From Candidatus Sericytochromatia bacterium (GTDB lineage Bacteria; Cyanobacteriota; Sericytochromatia; UBA7694), in contig JBBKWI010000139.1 of assembly GCA_037968875.1 (NCBI GenBank), positions 884 to 64,883 of the forward strand: a stretch of DNA of 64,000 bases. The letters run 5' to 3'. Positions within the stretch are counted from its first letter, which is position 1. Every line of letters starts with the position of its first letter. Shown here in pieces: positions 41,183-50,942 of this stretch. Under the pieces are notes generated by a model, which was not told where the DNA came from, ran no database searches, and was given only the letters and a program-made list of their open reading frames with translations. The translations under genes and the position numbers were made by a program.

Positions 41183-42601
41183 CTAGGTAGCTTTTTCAAA
41201 GCCCTGGCGGGTCATTTTGCCCCAGCTATGCTTACGTGAGAACAGGCGTTTGATCATGCCGCGCACGCGCCAAACCGTTAGCAATTGCCGGTAGCCAAAA
41301 CTTTCGAGAATGGCGGTTAGCATCAAAATCATTAAATCCTTAACATTTTGATAGCGGCGAAAGGTCAGCTCTTCTAAAGCCACCGCAAAGACCGAAATAA
41401 TGCTGCCATAAACAAAGGCTATCAAAAAGAAGGCCAGGGCAAAGCGAGGCGATAAGCCACCGGTCAGCAACAAACCAATCACAGCGATATAACCGACAAT
41501 CTCTAAGAGAGGACCTAACATTTCAAAGAAAAAGTAAAAAGGGAAAGCCAGCATGCCCACACGGCCATAACGCGGGTTAAACAACATGCGGCGGTGTTTG
41601 AGCAAAGCCTCCATCAACCCCCGCTGCCAGCGATCGCGCTGATTACCCAGAATCGCAGGACTTTCGGGGCACTCGGTCCAGGCGACGGGATCCGGGATAA
41701 AAGCAATATCATAGGGAATTTTTTGCTCGATCGCATGGCGGTGCAAGCGCACAATCAATTCCATATCTTCACCAACGGTTTTGCTATCATAGCCCCCGGC
41801 CTGTGCGACAAGATTTCGGCGAAAGAGGCCAAAGGCACCCGAAATAATAATCGTCCCCCCAAGCACACTCCATCCCATACGACCCGATAAAAAGGCCCGC
41901 AAATATTCCAGGACTTGAAAACGAGCCCAAATCGACTGAGGCAGACGGACTTCAACCACTTCACCCCGATTTACTTTACAGCCATTGGCGATACGCACAA
42001 TCCCACCAGCAGCAATCGTCTCACCGTTCTCCAGGAAGGGGCGTACCACGCGCAAAAGGGCGTCGCGCTCAAGTAAGCTATCGGCGTCAATTGCACAAAA
42101 AAGCGGCGTATGTGAAAAATTGATCCCCACATTCAAGGCATCTGCCTTGCCGCCATTCTCTTTATCGATCACCCATAAATTGGGGAAGCGTTCACTGCGA
42201 TAAACCCGTTTGATCGGCTGGGTAGGAATATCTGTGAGTGGCATACGTGAAATGGGCTCAAGTTGGTAAGCTTCTTTGAGGCGTTGCAAGGTAGCGTCTT
42301 TAGAACCATCGTTGATCACCAAAATTTCATAATCTGGATACTGCAGATTCAATAAAGCGCGAATCGAATCAATGCAGGTACTTTCCTCATTGAATGACGG
42401 CACCAGCAAAGAAATCGGCGGTGCACCGGCTGAATTGAGCAATTGCTCAATATTAATCGACTTTAAACGCCGTGAATAACGCCGCAAAGCACCAAATGAG
42501 ATCAAACTGGTCAGCAAATAAACCGAGTTAAGCACAAACAAGTAAACCAGGTTCAAAACATTCATAACAATCAAAAAAGTGGTTAACATAAACGCAGGCA
42601 A
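41183..42601 (-). CDS. Processive family-2 glycosyltransferase, PgaC/IcaA-like polysaccharide synthase
   Basis: Two N-terminal and three C-terminal TM helices; DDGSKD, DAD, GEDMELIVRL and Q-R-D-R-W (NQRDRWQRG) motifs of processive beta-glycan synthases. Confidence 0.85.
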   Translation of the reverse strand: MPAFMLTTFLIVMNVLNLVYLFVLNSVYLLTSLISFGALRRYSRRLKSINIEQLLNSAGAPPISLLVPSFNEESTCIDSIRALLNLQYPDYEILVINDGSKDATLQRLKEAYQLEPISRMPLTDIPTQPIKRVYRSERFPNLWVIDKENGGKADALNVGINFSHTPLFCAIDADSLLERDALLRVVRPFLENGETIAAGGIVRIANGCKVNRGEVVEVRLPQSIWARFQVLEYLRAFLSGRMGWSVLGGTIIISGAFGLFRRNLVAQAGGYDSKTVGEDMELIVRLHRHAIEQKIPYDIAFIPDPVAWTECPESPAILGNQRDRWQRGLMEALLKHRRMLFNPRYGRVGMLAFPFYFFFEMLGPLLEIVGYIAVIGLLLTGGLSPRFALAFFLIAFVYGSIISVFAVALEELTFRRYQNVKDLMILMLTAILESFGYRQLLTVWRVRGMIKRLFSRKHSWGKMTRQGFEKAT

Positions 42602-42730
42602 GCCTTTACAAACGATAAGATTAAAAGAAATAATCGCAAAATAGCAGCCCCTTAAGGCTGAAATTTTGATAGCATAGACTAGAGTATATCAGGCTCTGAA
42701 ACGAAAGAAACAAAACGGTACTCTTAATCA

Positions 42731-44326
42731 ATGTGGTTTGAAGAATTAATCCAGTGGCTTTGGAAAAACCCCCTCCTACTCGGACTGGCGGCCTATATTG
42801 CAGTCTTGCTTAGCGTGGCTTTGGCATTGTTTTTGATGACCCTCAGCCTACATCGGGCCAATGAGCGCAAGGCAAAGCAATGGCAAATGATGGAAGATCG
42901 CTGGCAGCCTCTGATGATGAAAGTACTCTCTGGTGAAAAATGGCCGGACTATATTCACAGTCAGATCAAATCCCATGAAGTTTTCTTTTTTATCGATTTT
43001 CTGATGCGCTATGCTGAAAAGCTGCAAGGTAACGCCCGCGAAATGGCGACACAACTGGCAGCGCCTTATCTTGGGCTCTTACTTAAGCGCATGAACAGAG
43101 GGGACGCCGAACAGCGAGCACGGGCCATTTTGACCCTGAGTATCCTGGCTCCTGAGCAGCACAATGAACGCCTGGCACATGCTCTGGAAGACGAATCCCC
43201 CCTGGTCGCGATGCTGGCTGCCCGATCACTTTCTGAAAATCAATCCCTGGAATATTTGAAACCCATTTTAGACAAAATGCCCCGCTTTCGTTCCTGGAGT
43301 CAAAACTTTTTGATTTCCATGCTCAAATCTCTGGCACAAGAGCAGCCGGAAGCCTTACGAGAGGCCCTGCTGGATCCCAGCCAACCCGATTGGGTTAAGA
43401 CGGTAATTTTAAAGGCCTTAACAGAGCTAAGTGATTGGCAAGCCCTGCCCCTGGCAACCCAATTTTTAGAAGAGAATGGTGATCGCGAATTACAGGCTGC
43501 TGCGCTGCAGTTTATTGCACGCATCGGCCACGCGGGCCTGGTTGACTTGGTGCGTAAAAAGATCAGCAACCCTGACTTTGTCATTCGTTTAAACGCCGTG
43601 AAAGCGCTCTCCAGCCTGGGTGATTTATCCGATGGCAAACAATTGATTGCGCTCTTAAAAGACGATAGCTCCCAATGGATCGCTTATCAGGCAGCCCAGG
43701 CCTTAAAGATCACCAAAAATTTAGAGCCCCTCTACGAAGTCGCCTCTAGCCAGCATCCCCGCAAAGAGCTTGCCAAAGAAGTTTTATATGACCTCGATAG
43801 CTGGGAAACAATTGAATTCTTGATCCGTTTGCCAGGCTTTGTTGAATTTGTCCCGCAATGGATCCGCTCAGTCAAACGGCGAGATGTGCGGGATGTCTGG
43901 AAACAAGTCCAAAACGCTTTGCTCTCACCTCAGGCCCATAATGATGTGAAGCAAAAAATTGCTTATGAATTAGACAACAAAGCACCCGAGTGGCTTTTTG
44001 GAGCGCTCTCAGATGCCTTTTTGGAGCACCGCAACGCCCCTCCAAAATATTTAAATCAGGCCCTGATCAATACCAATTCGGAACAGGCTGCGGAGCTTTT
44101 TATGACCTGGTTTTATGAAATCGATGCAGCCGATGCGCAGTACCATGTTTTCTGTTTGCTCGCCGAGCACCCGCGCTCTGAGTCTGCCGGCTTTTTTAAA
44201 CAGCTCCAAAAAAAGATCAAGGAGCAACCCGATCGTTTCGCTCAGCACAGCAAAGCCAATCAAAAAGACATTCAGGCCAAAACCGACCGAGCCATTCATC
44301 AAAGTTTATTAAATACGAGTACTTAA
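42731..44326 (+). CDS. Membrane-anchored HEAT-repeat (PBS-lyase-like) protein
   Basis: N-terminal TM helix; multiple HEAT/PBS repeats (ARAILTLSILAP...PLVAMLAARSL, RLNAVKALSSLGD...WIAYQAAQAL). Confidence 0.7.
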   Translation: MWFEELIQWLWKNPLLLGLAAYIAVLLSVALALFLMTLSLHRANERKAKQWQMMEDRWQPLMMKVLSGEKWPDYIHSQIKSHEVFFFIDFLMRYAEKLQGNAREMATQLAAPYLGLLLKRMNRGDAEQRARAILTLSILAPEQHNERLAHALEDESPLVAMLAARSLSENQSLEYLKPILDKMPRFRSWSQNFLISMLKSLAQEQPEALREALLDPSQPDWVKTVILKALTELSDWQALPLATQFLEENGDRELQAAALQFIARIGHAGLVDLVRKKISNPDFVIRLNAVKALSSLGDLSDGKQLIALLKDDSSQWIAYQAAQALKITKNLEPLYEVASSQHPRKELAKEVLYDLDSWETIEFLIRLPGFVEFVPQWIRSVKRRDVRDVWKQVQNALLSPQAHNDVKQKIAYELDNKAPEWLFGALSDAFLEHRNAPPKYLNQALINTNSEQAAELFMTWFYEIDAADAQYHVFCLLAEHPRSESAGFFKQLQKKIKEQPDRFAQHSKANQKDIQAKTDRAIHQSLLNTST

Positions 44327-44397
44327 GAGATTTGAGAAAAGCTTAACTCTCTGCTATCATAAAAAACCAACACATTAAAATATTCTAATTTGGTAAC

Positions 44398-45681
44398 ATG
44401 TTTAAACTTATTTTAGCTGCTTTAGCAGCGACACAGCTACAACAGGCCCAGGACGCTTTACAAAGCAAAGATTATACCAAAGCCACAGCGATTTATCAGA
44501 CGATCTTACAAGAAGATCAACAATCTTACGAGGCGCTCTATGGTCTGGCCCGCTCTCAGGCTTTTGCAGGTGACTATGCCACTGCTGTGGAAACCTATAC
44601 CCAGGTTTTGGCACTTTACCCCGATGACCCGGATGCCTTATTTGGTCGTGGTCAGGCTTATATCTGGCTCAAGCAAGATGATTTAGGCCAGACAGACTTA
44701 AGAAATGTTCTACTCAAGAATCCCGGCTACCAGGATGCCTGGCAGGGCCTCGCCAATCTATACCGTTGGCGGGAGCGCACAGATGACGCCATCGCCCTTT
44801 ACGAAGAATGGCTAATTGCTCACCCCGATCGTTCGGAGCCACTGGTCTCACGTGCCTATTGGTATTTTCAACAACGCCAGTTTAATTTGGCCCGAACAGA
44901 TCTGATTCAGGCCCGAGAACTCGGCGCCAATGCGGAGCAAGTCGATCCTTTACTGACACGCCTCAACCGCCAACCAGGGGCTCTACCCTGGGAAGTGCGC
45001 GCGATTTATGAGTTTCAGGCTTTTTCCGAAAACAATGTACCCTGGCATACAGGGACAGGAGCCGTGCAGTACACCTTTGATCGCGGCAGCGTCTCCTTAG
45101 AAGGACTGGCGACCCAGCGCTTTGGCAAAAACGATCAAGGGCTGGCAGTCGATAGCTTTTTAGATCTCTGGCCAGGGGCCTATGGTAACTTCCGTGTGCA
45201 AGGCGTGCTGGATGCCGAGGTCATGCCTCAATGGGATCTGTTAGGCGAAATTTATCAGAGCTTTTTAGATACCTGGGAAGTCTCGGGCGCGTATCGCTTA
45301 ATGAATTACCCCACGAACAATGTGCATATTATTCATGGCAGTGTCGGCAAATATATCGGAAATTGGTATCTCAGAGCCCAGCCGCAATTAATTTTATCTC
45401 CTGAGGGTCCCGGCGGAATTATGACTCTCTGGGGCCGGTACTACTATAATACAGTTGATGATTTTGTCGAGTTACGCACAGGCTTTGGTCGACGTATCGC
45501 GGTCATTGGCAGCGACGATGGCGGCGCCCAATTGCAGGGTCAAAGTAATATCTTTGGCGTCCTCACCGGGCAGTATTTTATCAACCCTCAATTGGGCTTC
45601 CTGGGAACTCTCAACTATAATCATGATGATTTGTTTCCCAATCGTTTTGGCTTCAGTCTAGGGACCAAATATCGCTTTTAA
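44398..45681 (+). CDS. Outer membrane protein: N-terminal TPR repeats plus C-terminal YaiO/PgaA-like beta-barrel
   Basis: Signal peptide; about 4 TPR units (AIYQTIL..., AVETYTQVLALYPDDPDALFGRGQAY..., AWQGLANLYR...); C-terminal amphipathic beta-strand region ending in FGFSLGTKYRF (terminal Phe). Confidence 0.75.
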   Translation: MFKLILAALAATQLQQAQDALQSKDYTKATAIYQTILQEDQQSYEALYGLARSQAFAGDYATAVETYTQVLALYPDDPDALFGRGQAYIWLKQDDLGQTDLRNVLLKNPGYQDAWQGLANLYRWRERTDDAIALYEEWLIAHPDRSEPLVSRAYWYFQQRQFNLARTDLIQARELGANAEQVDPLLTRLNRQPGALPWEVRAIYEFQAFSENNVPWHTGTGAVQYTFDRGSVSLEGLATQRFGKNDQGLAVDSFLDLWPGAYGNFRVQGVLDAEVMPQWDLLGEIYQSFLDTWEVSGAYRLMNYPTNNVHIIHGSVGKYIGNWYLRAQPQLILSPEGPGGIMTLWGRYYYNTVDDFVELRTGFGRRIAVIGSDDGGAQLQGQSNIFGVLTGQYFINPQLGFLGTLNYNHDDLFPNRFGFSLGTKYRF

Positions 45682-45760
45682 AGCAGCGCCAGGGCTTTAA
45701 AACTTTGGTAATAAACAAATAAATGCAGCGCCGCATTGCTATAATTAAAACCACAAATGA

Positions 45761-47083
45761 TTGGGATGGTTTTTTATGCGGCGTTTTTATTTTGCTTTGA
45801 CTTTTGTTTTACTTGCTTGCAATATGAATCCGAGCCCGACGACTACCCCGCAAACCTCTCCGTCACCAGGTTCCACTCCTGAGCCCATTGTAACCAGCCC
45901 GAGCTCCAATCCAGCTCCTGACCAAACCCCTCTGCCGCCCCAAATTGTGAACAATCTGCTGGCGAATCCCGGCGTCGAAAGCAGCGCCGATGGCATCAAT
46001 CCCTTGCACTGGCAGCATGACAGTTTTGGCTCCAACCAGACGCAATTTGCACTCAAAAGTGGAGATGCCTTTGAAGGTAAACATTACCTGTCGATCCAAA
46101 TGGCTTCTTATCAAAACGGTGATGCCAAGTGGGTCTTTGACCCCTTGCCTTTAAAAGAAGATGAATGGTACGAATACAGCACCGCTTATCGCGCAGATGG
46201 GCGCAATCGGCTGATTTGGTCTTGTACGCATTCTGATGGCTCCCGTCGTTTTCGCACCAATAGCCAAAGCCATGCTAATGCAAGCTGGGAAACAAAAAAA
46301 ATCAGATTTTATCTGCCACCAGCAAGTGACTGCAAGGTCTCTGTTTTGCATGTGATCGATCGAGCTGGCTATCTTGATACAGACGCCCATGCGCTCTATA
46401 AAGTCCAGGCCCGTCCATTGGCTCAGCCTTATGTGAGTATTAGCTTTGATGATATCTGGGCCACAGCAGCCACCGTTGGGGCTCCTGAGCTCGAAAAACG
46501 CGGCTGGAAGGGTAGCTTTTATGTTACTGGCGTCTATGCCCGTAACAGCGATACCGACTACGCCAAAGTCGATCAGATCAAAACCCTGATTGCCACCGGT
46601 CATGAGATTGGTTCTCACGCCGAAAACCATATCGCAATGTCTAAATTAGATATTACAGGCCTGGATGATCAATACCGTAATAACCAGGCCTACCTTAAGT
46701 TTTTAGGTGCTGAGCCCCTGGGCATTGCCTATCCCTTTGGTGATTTTGACGGTCAGGTCGAAATCGAAGGCCATCGCTTTCACAACTACGCGCGCACCAG
46801 CTTAGAGGGTTTAAACGATGCCGGCTTCGACCCTTTCCGTCTGCAAATTTTCCCGATCACCAATGAAACCACCGTCGCTGAAGTTAAGCAGTATATTGAT
46901 GATGCCAAGCGCACCTCAACCTGGCTGATCTTGCTCTATCATGATCTCAAAGAAAGCGGTGGCGATCCCAATTACACCACTTCAGTCAATGATTACCGAG
47001 AAGTTTTAGATTATTTGCAAAAACAAGAAATGACGGTCAAACCCGTCAAGGATGTTTTAAAAGCTCTCGGTAAACTCAACTAG
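45761..47083 (+). CDS. Polysaccharide deacetylase (CE4/NodB-homology) lipoprotein
   Basis: Lipobox LLACN, Pro-rich linker, N-terminal beta-rich domain, CE4 motifs ISFDDIW and GHEIGSHAENH. Confidence 0.75.
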   Translation: MGWFFMRRFYFALTFVLLACNMNPSPTTTPQTSPSPGSTPEPIVTSPSSNPAPDQTPLPPQIVNNLLANPGVESSADGINPLHWQHDSFGSNQTQFALKSGDAFEGKHYLSIQMASYQNGDAKWVFDPLPLKEDEWYEYSTAYRADGRNRLIWSCTHSDGSRRFRTNSQSHANASWETKKIRFYLPPASDCKVSVLHVIDRAGYLDTDAHALYKVQARPLAQPYVSISFDDIWATAATVGAPELEKRGWKGSFYVTGVYARNSDTDYAKVDQIKTLIATGHEIGSHAENHIAMSKLDITGLDDQYRNNQAYLKFLGAEPLGIAYPFGDFDGQVEIEGHRFHNYARTSLEGLNDAGFDPFRLQIFPITNETTVAEVKQYIDDAKRTSTWLILLYHDLKESGGDPNYTTSVNDYREVLDYLQKQEMTVKPVKDVLKALGKLN

Positions 47084-47180
47084 ATGTTAGCTCACGTCAA
47101 ACGGGGATACATAAGCAAAGATTGAGCCACTGTTATAATCAATTCAAGTTAATGAATTCGATTTTCAGAAGGAGCCCGCG

Positions 47181-48524
47181 ATGCGAACGCCCCCCCATTA
47201 TGTGATTATTGGCGGCGGATTTGGCGGCCTGTACACAGCCCAAAATCTACGTTATGCCGACGCCAAAGTCACCCTAATTGATCGGCGCAATTTTCATTTG
47301 TTCCAACCTTTGCTTTATCAGGTGGCCACTGGTGCCTTGTCTCCAGCCAATATCGCAGCCCCTTTGCGCGCAATTCTCAAAAAACAAAAAAATACTGAAG
47401 TGGTGCTGGCCGAAGTCAGTGGAATTGATCCCCAGCAGCAACAACTCCGTTTTACAGACGGGCACACAATCGCCTATGACGCTCTAATCGTAGCCACCGG
47501 TGCCAGTCATAATTATTTTGGCAATAGCCATTGGGAGCAGTTTGCACCTGGCTTAAAAACAATTGAAGACGCGACCGAAATCCGACGCAAAGTCTTATTG
47601 GCTTTTGAAACCGCCGAACGCGAATCGGATCCCGAGAAACAAAGAGCCTGGCTGCGCTTTGTCGTCGTCGGTGGCGGCCCGACCGGTGTGGAGCTGGCCG
47701 GCGCTCTGGGCGAAATAGCGCACCAAACCCTGAAAAACAATTTCCGTCAGATTGATCCCGCCCAGGCTGAGATTTTATTGGTCGAGGCCATGGATCGGGT
47801 CTTGATGCCTTATGCCCCCGAACTCTCAGACAAAGCCCAACAGTATTTGGCGGAATTGGGCGTCAAAGTCATGACCGAGACGATGGTGACGGATATTCAA
47901 GCCGACCGTTTTACTTTCAAAACAGGAGATCAAGAGCAAACCCTGATGACCCATACAGTCCTCTGGGGGGCCGGCGTCCAGGCTTCTCCCCTGGGTAAAG
48001 TTCTGCAAGAGAAAACCGGCGTAGAGCTGGATCGGGCGGGACGCGTGATCGTTGAGTCTGATTTAAGCATCAAGGGCTATCCCAATTTATTTGTAATTGG
48101 CGATCTCAGCCATTTTTCCCACAATACCGAACGGCCTTTGCCTGGCGTGGCCCCGGTCGCCATGCAGCAAGGCAAATATATCGCCCGACTGCTGAAGCAA
48201 CGGATCGCAGAGCCGGGCGTTGCAGCTGAAGCGCCCTTTAAGTATTTTGACAAGGGCAGCATGGCAACGATTGGCCGCTCACGAGCGGTAGCTGAAGCGG
48301 GTCCGATCAAATTTTCTGGTCTATTGGCCTGGCTCGCCTGGCTTTTTATTCACCTCTTGTTTTTGGTGGAATTTGAAAACCGCCTGCAAGTCCTGATGCA
48401 GTGGTTTGGCAATTACCTGACACGTAATCGCGCGGCGCGATTGATTACCGGTGAGCAAGCCGAGCGCATGCCGCGGGTCACGCATCAGCAAGACCTGCAA
48501 CATAACCACCCTGGCCAGGACTAA
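47181..48524 (+). CDS. ndh: Type II NADH dehydrogenase (NDH-2)
   Basis: Two Rossmann dinucleotide motifs (IIGGGFGGLYTA, VVVGGGPTGVELAG) and C-terminal membrane-anchoring segment. Confidence 0.85.
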   Translation: MRTPPHYVIIGGGFGGLYTAQNLRYADAKVTLIDRRNFHLFQPLLYQVATGALSPANIAAPLRAILKKQKNTEVVLAEVSGIDPQQQQLRFTDGHTIAYDALIVATGASHNYFGNSHWEQFAPGLKTIEDATEIRRKVLLAFETAERESDPEKQRAWLRFVVVGGGPTGVELAGALGEIAHQTLKNNFRQIDPAQAEILLVEAMDRVLMPYAPELSDKAQQYLAELGVKVMTETMVTDIQADRFTFKTGDQEQTLMTHTVLWGAGVQASPLGKVLQEKTGVELDRAGRVIVESDLSIKGYPNLFVIGDLSHFSHNTERPLPGVAPVAMQQGKYIARLLKQRIAEPGVAAEAPFKYFDKGSMATIGRSRAVAEAGPIKFSGLLAWLAWLFIHLLFLVEFENRLQVLMQWFGNYLTRNRAARLITGEQAERMPRVTHQQDLQHNHPGQD

Positions 48525-48545
48525 GGTTGAAGGCCCTGCTTATAA

Positions 48546-48989
48546 TTAAGGCGTGCTCGTCGGGATCGTGGTCTGGCTGGGCAAGACTTGTACGCTAAAG
48601 CTTCTCTGGGTTGTCACGGGCGGCTGATCTGCTAAGGGCGCTTGCTCAAAAGTCAGATCCGTTTGCCCGACAGCCAGGGTCTTAAAAGTAAAGATCCGAT
48701 TGGGTGCATAACCCGGTGGAGCCTGTGCAGGAAACTCTGAAGGCGCCTCGCGCTCTGCACTAAATTGAATCGTGCTCTCGTCATAGCCCGTTTGCAAGAC
48801 CCATTGGTACTGAGCGCCTGCGCCCAGGCTGGGCAAAACCACTTCAAAATCGCGGCCATTGATAGCCTGAATCTGACTTCTATCCGGGGTGACCAGAGGG
48901 GTTTTCAAGACCGTTCGATTGGGTTGATTACAGGCCATAGGCGAGCCACAGATCCCAATCAACAAAAGCAGACGGATAAAAATTCTCAT
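48546..48989 (-). CDS. Secreted lipoprotein, possible chagasin-family (I42) protease inhibitor
   Basis: Lipobox (GICGS...MAC), about 110-aa beta domain with GAGAQYQW (resembles NPTTGYSW) and FTFKTLAVGQTDLTF. Confidence 0.35.
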   Translation of the reverse strand: MRIFIRLLLLIGICGSPMACNQPNRTVLKTPLVTPDRSQIQAINGRDFEVVLPSLGAGAQYQWVLQTGYDESTIQFSAEREAPSEFPAQAPPGYAPNRIFTFKTLAVGQTDLTFEQAPLADQPPVTTQRSFSVQVLPSQTTIPTSTP

Positions 48990-49600
48990 TGGCGATCGGG
49001 TCGGGGGAAGTCAAAACGATCGCTGGTCGTGCACCAGTCTTCTCCGCCCATGCGGCCCACGGCTTGCAACAATGCCGGGTCAATTTTGCCGTCGTTGATA
49101 ACCGCTTCATCGATGTGAATCAGTCGAATTTCGCCAACAATCAAGTGCCCGGCTCCACCTTCGGAGCCATAAGAACGAATTTCTAAGAGACGGCATTCGA
49201 TATTGACGGGCGATTCTTTGACCAGAAAGCCATTCACCAACTCTGCTTTGACAGGAGTCAGACCCACTTTTTCAAATTCATTGACCCCATATTCAAAGGG
49301 AGCAGAGGCCTGATTAACTTGCTCAGCGATGCTTTTAGTAACCGTGGCAATTACAAATTCCGGGTGCTTTTCAATATTTCTAAGGGTATCTTTTTTCTGA
49401 CCACTGCGCCCTGATATTTGTGGGCAAAAGGCCAGCAAAGGCGGGTTACAGGAGATCAGGTTATAAAACGAAAAGGGCGCCAAGTTGGGCCCACCCTCGG
49501 GGTCTAAGGTCGAGGCCAGGGCAATCGGTCGAGGCTGAATAATTTCTGTCAGGCGGGCATAAGCCACGCGCCAATCCTGGGTCTGGGTATCTATTTTCAT
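48986..49600 (-). CDS. Flavin reductase-like FMN-binding protein
   Basis: Flavin_Reduct fold signature (RPIALASTLDPEGGPNLAPFSFYNLISCNPPLLAF, NIECRL). Confidence 0.8.
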   Translation of the reverse strand: MKIDTQTQDWRVAYARLTEIIQPRPIALASTLDPEGGPNLAPFSFYNLISCNPPLLAFCPQISGRSGQKKDTLRNIEKHPEFVIATVTKSIAEQVNQASAPFEYGVNEFEKVGLTPVKAELVNGFLVKESPVNIECRLLEIRSYGSEGGAGHLIVGEIRLIHIDEAVINDGKIDPALLQAVGRMGGEDWCTTSDRFDFPRPDRQ

Positions 49601-50766
49601 TTTTTAATCCAACTCATCTGATAATCTTGTTCTTCAATTTTACTGGCCCGTTGCGAGGGGTAGAGCGGTTTAAAGGTATCTACCATCACAGCCATTTCTG
49701 AGGTTTCGCGGTGACCAATCGAGGCTTCATAAGTCCCCGGATGCGGCCCATGGGGCAAGCCCGCCGGGTGCAGCGAAATCGAACCGGGGCCGACCCCTTT
49801 GCGGCTGGTGAAATTGCCTTCGATATAGAATAAAAATTCGTCACAGTCCACAGAGGAATGTGGGTAAGGGCAAGGGATTGCCTGCGGGTGAAAGTCGACC
49901 ACCCGCGGCACAAAAGAGCAGATCAAAAATCCGCCACCGGCAAAATTGCCATGAATCGTGGGTGGCAAATGGGTCAGTCCAGCTTTGGGCTCAAAGCAGC
50001 GAATCGGGAAAACAAAGGGCCAGAGTTGGCCATCCCAACCGACAACATCAAAAGGGTGATTGACATAACATTGGCGTGTCAGGTAATTTTGGCGCTTAAC
50101 CAGGACTTCACGGGGGTGATCCGCGACCTGATCTGCTTGCCAGTCTGGGCTGCGGAAATCACGGTGACAAAAAGGAGCATCCATGCGTAATTGCCCAGAG
50201 GCATTGCGAAACTGTTTGGGAATATCAATCCAGGAACGGCCTTCCATGATCAACAGACGACTGGGACTATCGGGCACCCAGCGGTGTACGACACCACGAG
50301 GAATAAAGACATAGTCTTCTTTTTTGTAGGGCAATTTGCCAAACGGCGTATAGACCGTGCCAGAGCCACTAAAAACATAGACCATTTCATCGCCGTCCAT
50401 ATTGCAGGCCAACGCCGGGTCAGGCTGATCGGCCACGGCAAACCAGATTCCGATGTCGGCATTGCTCATAATCAGCTCACGCCCCAAAAAGGCCGTGCCG
50501 CCATTGGGCAACTGGTCCGAAATAAAATGGCGTCTCAAAGGGCGCGCGATGGGCTCGGGTTCAGAATAACCGGGGTGCAAGCCCATGTCTTCTTCGTTTT
50601 CGATATAGTGCGGTGGCTGGGGGTGATAAAAAATGGCGTAGGTGCCATCAAAGCCCTGACGGGTAAAGCAATGCTCATACATCAGCTGGTCATTTTGGTA
50701 AAAAGCAATGTGGGGCTTGGCAGGAATAGCTCCGGCCTGCAGACGGTGCATCATAATAGTCTCCAC
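49597..50766 (-). CDS. hmgA: Homogentisate 1,2-dioxygenase-like cupin dioxygenase
   Basis: About 390 aa; C-terminal region FHPQAIPCPYPHSSVDCDEFLFYIEGNFTSRKGVGPGSISLHPAGLPHGPHPGTYEASIG resembles the HGD active-site region; identification from memory only. Confidence 0.5.
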   Translation of the reverse strand: METIMMHRLQAGAIPAKPHIAFYQNDQLMYEHCFTRQGFDGTYAIFYHPQPPHYIENEEDMGLHPGYSEPEPIARPLRRHFISDQLPNGGTAFLGRELIMSNADIGIWFAVADQPDPALACNMDGDEMVYVFSGSGTVYTPFGKLPYKKEDYVFIPRGVVHRWVPDSPSRLLIMEGRSWIDIPKQFRNASGQLRMDAPFCHRDFRSPDWQADQVADHPREVLVKRQNYLTRQCYVNHPFDVVGWDGQLWPFVFPIRCFEPKAGLTHLPPTIHGNFAGGGFLICSFVPRVVDFHPQAIPCPYPHSSVDCDEFLFYIEGNFTSRKGVGPGSISLHPAGLPHGPHPGTYEASIGHRETSEMAVMVDTFKPLYPSQRASKIEEQDYQMSWIKK

Positions 50767-50942
50767 GGAGGTGTGTTGCGCCTGTATTATAGCACTACAT
50801 CAGGCTTATACCTGCTGAGCTACTAGTTTGCGGCTTCAGGATTTGATAAGATTTAAATAGCTATTCACCCACTTTTTAATTGCGAACGCTTTAAACTAAC
50901 TCTGTTAAACTGAATTAAATTCTTGAAAACAGAGGTCTCTCT

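Noticed and set aside
47084-47180. TTGAGC ... TATAAT pair upstream of ndh as a promoter
   Set aside because: Spacer between the two hexamers is only 6 bp, so they cannot function together as a sigma70 promoter.
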